Below, piece by piece: positions 57,498 to 64,000 of a stretch of DNA of 64,000 nucleotides. Position numbers and translations under genes: made by a program. The first letter of the stretch is position 1, and each line of letters opens with the position of its first letter. Source of the stretch: an uncultured Bacilli bacterium (GTDB taxonomy: Bacteria; Bacillota_I; Bacilli_A; RF39; UBA660); NCBI GenBank assembly GCA_934089275.1, contig CAKOJJ010000002.1, forward strand, positions 10,732 to 74,731. The letters run 5' to 3'. Below the pieces are notes generated by a model. It searched no databases, was not told the DNA's origin, and saw only the letters and a program-made list of their open reading frames with translations.

Positions 57498-57808
57498 ACT
57501 TTAAGAACTTTTTCCTTTTTCCATTCCAATATGTGGCACATTCTCAACATTTCATTTGCCCTATGTCTTATGTTATCGATAGTTTCATCTATTTCCTCAG
57601 TTGTTTGGCAAATAAAGAAACCACCTGTTTTACCACTAACACTTCCTACTATCAGATAAAATCTTGTATCCTCTCTGATATTCTGAATTACTTTTCTCAT
57701 TGATTTATCACTTTTTATATCAAATATTTTTCTTAATTCCTTATTCTTAATAAGATTTTGCTTTCCTATATGATTTTCTATTAAATAGCTATATACTTTT
57801 TCCTCCAT
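57494..57808 (-). CDS. hypothetical phage protein
   Basis: 104-aa ORF, overlapping the downstream gene by 4 nt. Confidence 0.45.
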   Translation of the reverse strand: MEEKVYSYLIENHIGKQNLIKNKELRKIFDIKSDKSMRKVIQNIREDTRFYLIVGSVSGKTGGFFICQTTEEIDETIDNIRHRANEMLRMCHILEWKKEKVLKV

Positions 57809-57818
57809 TCTACCACCT

Positions 57819-58268
57819 CTATTCTGTTAAGTATCGATGGCTTGTACTTAATGTTTTCATCTCTTTGTATACTAATGGAACTTTATATCCATACTTTTGC
57901 ATATCTTCCAATAACCAGCTAGGTATTATTCCTGCTGATACAAACATTATTGCTTTATCATAGTTCCTCATTTCATGATCTTCGTCAAGTTCTCCTACTA
58001 CTCCATATTTGAAATAGCCATCTTTATACATTAAATCTAATATTTCTATTTTTTTACGTTCATCAATATCTTTACACACACTAATCATTTCAGCTATTGT
58101 TGGTATATATTTATTTGTTACTGCCATTTTCTTTATGGCTTTTTTAAATGTTATTTCATCTATTTCATGAAAGTATTCATACCATATACTTACTTGAGTT
58201 GAGTCAAATTCTTTGTTATATAAAATACCTAGATAACTCATTGCTTTTGCAAATTGTTCTTTAGTCAT
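57819..58268 (-). CDS. G39P-like helicase loader/inhibitor domain protein
   Basis: FAKAMSYLGILYNKEF...VSIWYEYF...YIPTIAEMISV matches the pattern of replicative helicase loader G39P N-terminal domains. Confidence 0.55.
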   Translation of the reverse strand: MTKEQFAKAMSYLGILYNKEFDSTQVSIWYEYFHEIDEITFKKAIKKMAVTNKYIPTIAEMISVCKDIDERKKIEILDLMYKDGYFKYGVVGELDEDHEMRNYDKAIMFVSAGIIPSWLLEDMQKYGYKVPLVYKEMKTLSTSHRYLTE

Positions 58269-59046
58269 TTAAATAATCTTCCCAATCTATCATTTTTGCT
58301 AAATCTTTTGTAGTAACATTTCTTTGAACTGTTGGTTGATTTAAGTATCCTTCAAACTTTGTTCCAAACAATGTTTCTGGTCTTAAATATTTAGCCATAT
58401 CAGTTCCGTACCATTCATTAAATTTTTTGTCTATTACTACTTTAAAGTCATCTAAAGTATATCCCTCATTAAATCTAGCATGAATTGGAGTTCTTGTTTT
58501 AGCTGATGTTGATTTATAATTCGACCCAATCTTTTGATTCAAGTAATTAACAATTTCAGCATATGGGATATTGTCCTGCTTGTCTGGACTAATTACCTCT
58601 ATCTCTTTGTCTATACTTTCCTTACTCTTAACTAACTCTAAACTTTCCTTACCTATACTTACCTGTGTATCCATTGTGTGTCCAGATTGTATACAAGGTG
58701 TATCAGAACTCATATATGCTTTGTTTTCATCAAGTAAAAGCATTGACTTTTCCTGTTTATAGTTAGTTTCTTTATACCTATCTTTCTGAATGTAATTGTG
58801 TATTTTCCAGTGCTTAATAACTACCACTCCCGAATCAAATGGAATAATAAACTTTCTTAATATTAGTACATTTATATCATCAGATGATGCTCCTATCATT
58901 TTCATTATTTTCTTTGGAGAATTAACAAATCCATCATCATCTGCTCTCATTCCTAAATCATAATATAATAATCTAGCACTCATTGGCATATCTAGGAATG
59001 CATCACTATCAATTATTGTTTTTGCAAACATTCTTCTTTCTGCCAT
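58261..59046 (-). CDS. phage replisome organizer (N-terminal organizer domain + conserved phage C-terminal domain)
   Basis: RRMFAKTIIDSDAFLDMPMSARLLYYDLGMRADDDGFV (replisome organizer N). C-terminal IPYAEIVNYLNQKIGSNYKSTSAKT...RPETLFGTKFEGYLNQ. Confidence 0.8.
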   Translation of the reverse strand: MAERRMFAKTIIDSDAFLDMPMSARLLYYDLGMRADDDGFVNSPKKIMKMIGASSDDINVLILRKFIIPFDSGVVVIKHWKIHNYIQKDRYKETNYKQEKSMLLLDENKAYMSSDTPCIQSGHTMDTQVSIGKESLELVKSKESIDKEIEVISPDKQDNIPYAEIVNYLNQKIGSNYKSTSAKTRTPIHARFNEGYTLDDFKVVIDKKFNEWYGTDMAKYLRPETLFGTKFEGYLNQPTVQRNVTTKDLAKMIDWEDYLND

Positions 59047-59126
59047 TACTTTTTACCCATCTTATCTATAAAATAAATTATGATAATGGTGGCACAAATT
59101 ATTAATGTAATAATTATACTTTGCAT
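59046..59126 (-). CDS. 26-aa hydrophobic micro-ORF
   Basis: MQSIIITLIICATIIIIYFIDKMGKK. Strong RBS AGGAGGT 7 nt upstream. Its stop overlaps the organizer ATG (TAATG). Below the ORF-track cutoff. Confidence 0.45.
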   Translation of the reverse strand: MQSIIITLIICATIIIIYFIDKMGKK

Positions 59127-59138
59127 GACACTTACCTC

Positions 59139-59420
59139 CTATATATAATTTCTTCCAATCAACTTTATAAAATCATCTCTTGTATGAGTTTCTTCGTACT
59201 TCTTTTGACAAGTTTGCTTTAGAAACAAATCAAGTTTATGCCCTTTCATTCCATGTACTCCATTTGTACCTTCATGATGGTCATAACATAACCAAACTTT
59301 AAAACCATTCTTCTCACTTATTTTTCTATTAGCAGTTCCAAAGTATATATGATGGTCATGTAAACCTGTTTGTTTAGAGCAAATAAAACATTGTTTTTTA
59401 GTTTGTATAATACTTTTCAT
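59139..59420 (-). CDS. small Cys/His-rich (HNH-like metal-binding) phage protein
   Basis: CFIC...HDHHIYFG...LCYDHHEG..GVHG; 93 aa; family not firmly recognised. Confidence 0.4.
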   Translation of the reverse strand: MKSIIQTKKQCFICSKQTGLHDHHIYFGTANRKISEKNGFKVWLCYDHHEGTNGVHGMKGHKLDLFLKQTCQKKYEETHTRDDFIKLIGRNYI

Positions 59421-59886
59421 TAGTTTCTATTCCCAATTCATTTGCCCATGCAATAATAATATCTAATAATTTTTTCATTTCTTTAGTATTTAACTTAGAA
59501 CTTCCAACAAAACACTTATATACAATGTATTCTTTTCCATTTTCATATGTAGGTCTTACAACCCTAACAGCTCTAAAATTTTTTCTTAATTCATCTTCTG
59601 CTTCACTTATTCCAAGTAAATAAATATACTTAGCATTTGCTTGTTCTAATGCTAATGAATATATTTCTATCTCACTCATATTTTGAGTGTCATGATCAGC
59701 TATTTTATGAATTAGAGCCCACATATATTTGTTTTGCTGTAATGTTCTTTTGCTTCTTATTTCTTTAAGTTCAAGCACATATTCTTTATTATTTTCTATC
59801 TCTATGTCAGAGAATAAATTTTCTATGAGCATCATTTGATTTTTTATGTTTCTAAATACTTGTCTTACAATTACTGTTGTTCTCAT
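59398..59886 (-). CDS. NinB/Orf-family recombination mediator
   Basis: RSKRTLQQNKYMWALIHKIA parallels lambda NinB RNRSLDQNRKLWACLGDVS. C-terminal LLDIIIAWANELGI parallels LLELIQAFGTERGV. Confidence 0.6.
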   Translation of the reverse strand: MRTTVIVRQVFRNIKNQMMLIENLFSDIEIENNKEYVLELKEIRSKRTLQQNKYMWALIHKIADHDTQNMSEIEIYSLALEQANAKYIYLLGISEAEDELRKNFRAVRVVRPTYENGKEYIVYKCFVGSSKLNTKEMKKLLDIIIAWANELGIETNEKYYTN

Positions 59887-60308
59887 TAAAATGGCAAGTC
59901 ATCATCAGTTACTACGCTATCTCCAAAATCAGAAAATGGATCATCATTAATGCTATCTTCTGGATATTCAGGTGCTGGTCTTTCATCTTTAGATTTATTT
60001 TCTAAAAACTCTAATTCGCTAATAATTACATCTGTTAGATATCCTCTACTACCATCTTCTTTTTCATAGCTTCCTGTTTGTATTCTCCCAATTATTCCAA
60101 TACGATTTCCTTTTCTTACATAATTACATATAGTTTCGGCTCTTTTATCCCATGCCACTGCACTAATGAAATCAGCATCCTTTTCTCCTGACTCATTTTT
60201 GAAACTACGATTTACTGCAATTGTAAATCGTGTATATGCTTTATTACTTTGAGTATATCTCAATTCAGGATCGGCTGTTAGCCTTCCTATTAAAACAACT
60301 TTATTCAT
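59886..60308 (-). CDS. ssb: phage single-stranded DNA-binding protein
   Basis: MNKVVLIGRLTADPELRYT OB fold and the acidic tip DDDLPF, identical to the tip of the chromosomal SSB. Confidence 0.9.
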   Translation of the reverse strand: MNKVVLIGRLTADPELRYTQSNKAYTRFTIAVNRSFKNESGEKDADFISAVAWDKRAETICNYVRKGNRIGIIGRIQTGSYEKEDGSRGYLTDVIISELEFLENKSKDERPAPEYPEDSINDDPFSDFGDSVVTDDDLPF

Positions 60309-60903
60309 ATTCTTCCTCCATTAAATAATTTTTTAAAAATTCCATTACCATTTCTTCTTTTATAGGTAATTCAATATATTTTCTAACTTTATCTCTTAGA
60401 TGTATTCCTCTCAGAAAAGAAATATCTACATTATATGATTGTTGATATCCAATTCTATATAAATTTGTTTGAAAAGCCACATACTCTTTATCAAACACAC
60501 TTGTCCTTTTTATGTCGGCAATGCCTACTTTACCTTCATATTCAAGTATCAAGTCTATTCTTCCTGCTGATACTGGCTTACCATCAAAAAATAAAACTAT
60601 TGGTACTTCATTATCACGACATTTAAATCCAAATTGCTTTTTCAAAAATTTATAATTTCTTAGTTCAATACATTCTGGATTATCAATGTTTTTCTTTTCA
60701 TAATTCTCAATTGATTTATGTACTTCCGTTCCTTTATCAGCAGCTCTTTTTAATACTCTTTTATCAACGCCATTATATTTATTTCCAAACTTACTCTTTA
60801 ATATTTGAGTAATGCTTGGAAGAATAACTCCATCATAAATGTATGTATGTGTTTCATCTATGTATTCAAGTATTCCTCCAGCAATTTCCCATGTTTCTAT
60901 CAT
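60301..60903 (-). CDS. PD-(D/E)XK (RecB/Cas4-like) exonuclease
   Basis: GTEVHKSIE, GRIDLILE...GIADIKRT (D...D/E-x-K) and a YRIGYQQ-type tail. Confidence 0.65.
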   Translation of the reverse strand: MIETWEIAGGILEYIDETHTYIYDGVILPSITQILKSKFGNKYNGVDKRVLKRAADKGTEVHKSIENYEKKNIDNPECIELRNYKFLKKQFGFKCRDNEVPIVLFFDGKPVSAGRIDLILEYEGKVGIADIKRTSVFDKEYVAFQTNLYRIGYQQSYNVDISFLRGIHLRDKVRKYIELPIKEEMVMEFLKNYLMEEEYE

Positions 60904-61226
60904 TTAGTTCTAATTGTAATGTAGGCTGATTTTTTTCCATCCATTGTTACATATTTATCATATAAGTCTGGATTTTCTTCTTGAAACTTTTCTTTATTAA
61001 ATTTTTCAAGATTTGTTTGCTCTGCAATATAAGAAATTGAAAGTCCTGTTATTTCATCTGCAATTTTTATTACACCTTTTGCTTCCATTGCTTCTTTTAT
61101 TGTCTTTTTATATCCATCTTGAATTGCTTTTAATTCTTTAATTTTCTTTTCAATGTCTATAAGATTATCAACCATTCTTGATGCAAGAATAGGTTTATCA
61201 TTTTCAATTACTATTAAGTCTTTCAT
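60900..61226 (-). CDS. hypothetical coiled-coil phage protein
   Basis: 108-aa ORF between the ERF and exonuclease genes. Confidence 0.45.
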   Translation of the reverse strand: MKDLIVIENDKPILASRMVDNLIDIEKKIKELKAIQDGYKKTIKEAMEAKGVIKIADEITGLSISYIAEQTNLEKFNKEKFQEENPDLYDKYVTMDGKKSAYITIRTK

Positions 61227-61897
61227 TATTTTTCCTCTTTTCTATCTTTAATAATTTTTGAAGCATTTTCCATTGATAATTCATCAACTTTTGATACTTT
61301 GTAGCTATTTTTTAAAATTTCTTTTAAACCTTTTACATCATCTTTAAACAGATTCTTTATAGCTGTTTTTTGTCCTGGAGTTATTGTTCCTTTTTTAAGT
61401 TTAGGACTTTGTACCTGCTTTTTATAATTATTTGATTTTGAAGAGTTCTTTTCATCCTCTCGTTCTGGATCATCCTGAGTTGCAACTAAAAATGTTGAAG
61501 ATAAAAATCTTTTTAATGCTCCAGTTGTAGCTTTATATCCTGCTTTATCTCCACGATCAAGCCCCTCTCCAGTATGTTTACTTGTTTCTGTAAATCCCGT
61601 ATCAATATCAATTAGTGTACAAGCAAGTGTTACTGTTCTTCCAAATGGTTGCTTATCAGTTCCTTCAAATGTTCCATAGTCTATTTCATCAACAAACAAT
61701 TCAATTCCATATTCACTGAATAATTCTGTGAATAATTCTTTATATTGTGCCTCGCTAAAATATTGGTAGTTATCATATTCGTTAACTTCTCCATTTGTTA
61801 ATTTTCCCTTTTCTTTTAAGGCTTTTCTTATTTTGTTTTTCTTTTGTTGCAATTTGGCACATAATTCAAGTGTATTAGTTGGTGCATTATCCTGCAT
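61226..61897 (-). CDS. ERF-family single-strand annealing protein
   Basis: YQYFSEAQYKELFTELFSEYGIEL and GDKAGYKATTGALKRFLSSTFLVATQDDPE parallel P22 Erf YKYRSCEDILEGVKPLL and AAQVTGATSSYARKYCLNGLFGIDD. Confidence 0.6.
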   Translation of the reverse strand: MQDNAPTNTLELCAKLQQKKNKIRKALKEKGKLTNGEVNEYDNYQYFSEAQYKELFTELFSEYGIELFVDEIDYGTFEGTDKQPFGRTVTLACTLIDIDTGFTETSKHTGEGLDRGDKAGYKATTGALKRFLSSTFLVATQDDPEREDEKNSSKSNNYKKQVQSPKLKKGTITPGQKTAIKNLFKDDVKGLKEILKNSYKVSKVDELSMENASKIIKDRKEEK

Positions 61898-62150
61898 TAG
61901 TTACACCTCCTTGATCTGCCAATTTTCTTAATCTCTTTTCATCGATATTAAAATATTTAATTACATATTCCATTGATACTAAATATCTTGGAAATACTAA
62001 ACCATCATCGACCATTTGGTTTCTAATTTCATTTTTTATTTTAAGGGCTTTGTTATACCCAACACATCCTATCTTTTGAATATCTGCTGTTGATGCCCAC
62101 AATTTATTTATTGTTTTTAATACTTGATTAGCATTCATACTTTTATTCAT
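61887..62150 (-). CDS. small DNA-binding protein, excisionase-like (ICEBs1 Xis-type pattern)
   Basis: WASTADIQKIGCVGYNKALKIKNEIRNQM..GLVFPRYLVSMEYVIKYF resembles Xis/HTH_17-type proteins. Start at ATG 62150 (AGGTG RBS). Confidence 0.35.
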   Translation of the reverse strand: MNKSMNANQVLKTINKLWASTADIQKIGCVGYNKALKIKNEIRNQMVDDGLVFPRYLVSMEYVIKYFNIDEKRLRKLADQGGVTNAG

Positions 62151-62310
62151 GCTCACACCTCGTTTCTATAATAACTGTAGGTGCTTCTGTGTTTCTTATT
62201 AATTGGTTCAATTTTTGACCAACAAAAAACAACTGTACTATTATTAACATTTCTGGTAATAATAACAGAGTTGCCTTAACCCAAGGCTTTAATATTATTT
62301 TCTTTTTCAT
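62143..62310 (-). CDS. 55-aa small membrane protein
   Basis: MKKKIILKPWVKATLLLLPEMLIIVQLFFVG... RBS AAAGGAA. The stop overlaps the next ATG (ATGAATAA). Below the ORF-track cutoff. Confidence 0.5.
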   Translation of the reverse strand: MKKKIILKPWVKATLLLLPEMLIIVQLFFVGQKLNQLIRNTEAPTVIIETRCEHE

Positions 62311-62345
62311 TTTTCGTTCCTTTCTTTATTTGATTTTTGTTCAGT

Positions 62346-62393
62346 TTAGTTTGGTAGACTAACTATAATATTTTGCTTAGTTTGGTAGACTAA
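62346..62393 (-). repeat. copies C (62346-62362) and B (62367-62393) of the TTAGTCTACCAAACTAA element, in tandem
   Basis: Minus strand reads GTTAGTCTACCAAACTAAGCAAAATATTATAGTTAGTCTACCAAACTAAACTG. Copy B overlaps the last codons of the Cro-like gene. Confidence 0.9.
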
Positions 62394-62610
62394 CATTTTC
62401 TTTATTACCATTTTGGTAAGTAGATGGTAAAAAAATTTCTTCAAGTGACTTTTTAAAATACTTGGACAGAGCAAACATTTCATCACTCGTAAATTGCGAG
62501 ATGCCTTTTTCTTTGTTGCAATATGTCCTTTTTGTGATATTTAAGTATTCTGCTAAGTCTTTTTGTCGTACATTGTAGACTTTTCTGAGCTTTACTAACT
62601 TTTCTTGCAT
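62377..62610 (-). CDS. Cro-like XRE-family HTH regulator
   Basis: VRQKDLAEYLNITKRTYCNKEKG; divergent from the CI-like gene. Confidence 0.8.
   Translation of the reverse strand: MQEKLVKLRKVYNVRQKDLAEYLNITKRTYCNKEKGISQFTSDEMFALSKYFKKSLEEIFLPSTYQNGNKENVSLPN
62405..62419. promoter_or_regulatory. operator-like palindrome O3 (TTACCA-TTT-TGGTAA)
   Basis: A perfect 6-3-6 inverted repeat inside the 3' part of the cro-like gene, with the same TACCA-N3-TGGTA core as O1 and O2. Confidence 0.45.
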
Positions 62611-62646
62611 CTTATTTCTTCCTCCTTCCTATCTAATGACACTCAC

Positions 62647-62675
62647 ATTATAATACCAATTTGGTAATATTACAA
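62647..62675 (-). promoter_or_regulatory. lytic (cro-ward) promoter with embedded operator O1
   Basis: Minus strand reads TTGTAA-17 nt-TATAAT. The spacer contains the palindrome TACCAA-A-TTGGTA (plus coordinates 62654-62666). Confidence 0.6.
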
Positions 62676-62714
62676 TAGTTTTTTGAAATTTTTTTCTTTT
62701 TTTTTGAAATATTA

Positions 62715-62743
62715 TTCCATTTTGGTAAGTTTTATGCTATAAT
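62715..62743 (+). promoter_or_regulatory. repressor (CI-ward) promoter with operator O2
   Basis: Extended -10 TGcTATAAT (62735-62743). The half-degenerate operator TTCCA-TTT-TGGTA (62715-62727) overlaps the -35 position. Confidence 0.55.
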
Positions 62744-62762
62744 CAGCTTATGGAGGTGCAAT

Positions 62763-63404
62763 ATGGATATTAATAAATATGTTGCCGATAAAATTAAATA
62801 TTATCGAATCCAGAGAAATTTGTCCCAGGAAGAAGTTGCTGAAGAATTAGAAACTTCTGCAGTAAATATTTCAAGATATGAAAATGGTGATAGAAAAACT
62901 AATCAAGATATATTATTTAAATTAAGCCAACTATTTGGTGTATCTATTAATGATTTTTTCCCACCTGTTGATAATGCAAAATATATTGACCTTATATCTA
63001 ATACTATCAAGATTCCAGTTCTTGGTTTTATAAAAGCAGGTGTTCCTATTGAGGCACAAGAAGATATTATTGATTATGTAGATATTCCTGCAATATGGAC
63101 AAAAGGTGGCAAAGACTTTTATGCCCTAAAAATTTCTGGAGATAGCATGACTCCTAAATATAATGAAGGAGACATTGTTATTTTTGAACAAACAAAAGAC
63201 TATGAAGCAGGACGAAACAAAGATTGTGCTGTTATGGTCAATTGTACTGAATGTACTTTTAAAAAGGTATTTATTGATGAACATGGTATAACATTACAAC
63301 CTTATAACATGAATTACGAACCAATGCGATTCACAAAAGAACAAGCTATGCAACTACCTATTACTGTAGTAGGAATTGCAAAAGAAAAAAGAGTATCTTT
63401 ATAA
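62763..63404 (+). CDS. CI-like repressor: XRE HTH + S24 (LexA-type) autopeptidase domain
   Basis: HTH LSQEEVAEELETSAVNISRYENG. Peptidase motifs ISGDSMTPKY (Ser) and TFKKV (Lys). Confidence 0.88.
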   Translation: MDINKYVADKIKYYRIQRNLSQEEVAEELETSAVNISRYENGDRKTNQDILFKLSQLFGVSINDFFPPVDNAKYIDLISNTIKIPVLGFIKAGVPIEAQEDIIDYVDIPAIWTKGGKDFYALKISGDSMTPKYNEGDIVIFEQTKDYEAGRNKDCAVMVNCTECTFKKVFIDEHGITLQPYNMNYEPMRFTKEQAMQLPITVVGIAKEKRVSL

Positions 63405-63410
63405 AAAAAA

Positions 63411-63434
63411 GACCTACTGTTCGAACAGTAGATC
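63411..63434. terminator. palindromic hairpin between CI and int
   Basis: CTACTGTTC|GAACAGTAG (63414-63431) is a perfect 9+9 palindrome. The A8 run lies upstream on the plus strand, so the U-tract is on the minus-strand side only. Confidence 0.45.
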
Positions 63435-63444
63435 ATGAAAACCG

Positions 63445-63470
63445 TTAGTCTACCAAACTAAACAAAATAT
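63445..63470 (+). repeat. copy D of the element (TTAGTCTACCAAACTAAACAAAATAT)
   Basis: The 17-mer is identical to copies A, B and C. Overall 25/26 identity to copy A. Confidence 0.9.
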
Positions 63471-63575
63471 CCAATAAAGAATATAATGCCTGGGTCTTCA
63501 TCCTGTATTATATCACTTTCATTGGATTTGCACAAGTTTTATGGCAAAAATAATTTAAAAGGAGAGTGATATTTT

Positions 63576-64000
63576 ATGCCTATATATAAATCTAAAACAC
63601 CCACAAAGGACGGCAGATGTTGGTTCTATAAGGTGCAATATCCAGATAATTTTAATAATATAAAAGTTTCAATTAGTAAAAAATTTGCTACCAAGACAGA
63701 AGCAAAAGATGCAGAAAGAATTTTCTTAACTTCTGTAAAAGATGAGCAAAAAATTCCAAGCAAAATGACTATCGGTGAGTTATGGGATACTTTTCTTTCA
63801 TATCAAGATTCTAGAGTTCGTATTTCTACTAAAAGAGGTTATCATCATACTGCTAAATACATTGAACCAGTTTTTAAAATAAAAGTCACAGAATTTGATT
63901 TACAAAAATATGAAGCTTGGTTAAATGATTTAAGAGCTAAAGACAACTTAAACCTTGTTTCAAAAAACGATAAATTAAAAGTATTCAGAGCTTTACTTAA
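63576..64000 (+). CDS. int: tyrosine integrase, N-terminal part (gene runs off the right edge)
   Basis: Not in the ORF track. RBS AAAGGAGAG. MPIYKSKTPTKDGRCWFYKVQY... (arm-binding-type N-terminus), followed by a SAM-like core-binding region TIGELWDTFLSY... Confidence 0.8.
   Translation, partial: MPIYKSKTPTKDGRCWFYKVQYPDNFNNIKVSISKKFATKTEAKDAERIFLTSVKDEQKIPSKMTIGELWDTFLSYQDSRVRISTKRGYHHTAKYIEPVFKIKVTEFDLQKYEAWLNDLRAKDNLNLVSKNDKLKVFRALL

Larger units (their letters stand above)
29408..64000. mobile_element. temperate siphovirus-type prophage (>34 kb), running off the right edge
   Basis: The int-CI-Cro switch, recombination/replication, packaging, HK97-type head, tail, lysis and accessory modules follow in canonical order. 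The left border is inferred from the SEC-C remnant. The right att lies outside the window. Confidence 0.8.

Noticed and set aside
57130-57703. Plus-strand ORFs 57130..57468 and 57371..57703
   Set aside because: They are antisense to the late-regulator gene and the 104-aa gene, and have low-complexity Ser/Leu/Phe translations.
63576-64000. The integrase belonging to a second, separate element to the right
   Set aside because: A CI-int pair co-oriented and divergent from cro is the standard temperate-phage layout. The repeated element (copy D) also links this segment to the rest of the prophage. This cannot be fully excluded without the sequence beyond 64,000.
1-64000. CRISPR arrays, rRNA or tRNA genes, IS elements or transposases
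   Set aside because: No regularly spaced direct repeats, no GC-rich structured-RNA islands and no transposase-like ORFs were seen on visual inspection of the intergenic regions and the ORF track. This was not a computational scan.

Overview
The DNA is visibly AT-rich, low-GC Firmicutes-type, with almost all genes on the minus strand. It has two parts.

(1) Positions 1 to about 29,400 are chromosomal. They carry the conserved ychF-rpsF-ssb-rpsR block plus the start of rplI, an HtrA-like protease, an Abi_2 abortive-infection gene and prfB with its programmed +1 frameshift. They also carry TPM and zinc-ribbon envelope proteins and a TetR/LiaF-like/DUF4097/ABC-2 operon. A tag-ogt-DUF1848-nucleoside hydrolase operon, TspO, GNATs and a TetR/ABC exporter pair follow. 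A plus-strand pair encodes zinc-ribbon membrane proteins, one a 943-aa vWA protein.

(2) Positions from about 29,400 to beyond 64,000 are a complete-looking temperate siphovirus-type prophage of more than 34 kb.
- Right end: tyrosine integrase (partial), a LexA/S24-type CI repressor and a Cro-like switch.
- Recombination and replication: ERF, PD-(D/E)XK nuclease, SSB, NinB, replisome organizer and a G39P-like loader.
- Late control and cargo: a sigma-like late regulator and a terminator-bounded two-nitroreductase cassette.
- Packaging region: HNH endonuclease, then a DNA-methylation module (ParB-MTase, Dcm, a miniature MetK-like SAM synthetase), then TerS/TerL.
- Structure and lysis: HK97-type head genes, tail genes including a -1 frameshifted chaperone, three tail-tip paralogs, holin and a GH25-LysM endolysin.
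- Int-distal accessory arm: a type IIS-like R-M system (AlwI-family REase plus a Dam-family MTase) and several small unknown genes.

The most notable non-gene signals are:
- a 17-27 nt element repeated four times at prophage module junctions, always sense to local transcription;
- helically phased short repeats next to an orphan SEC-C gene tail, which probably marks the left prophage junction;
- two near-identical promoter blocks driving accessory cassettes.

No rRNA, tRNA or CRISPR array was seen. All family assignments come from motif recognition by eye, not from searches.
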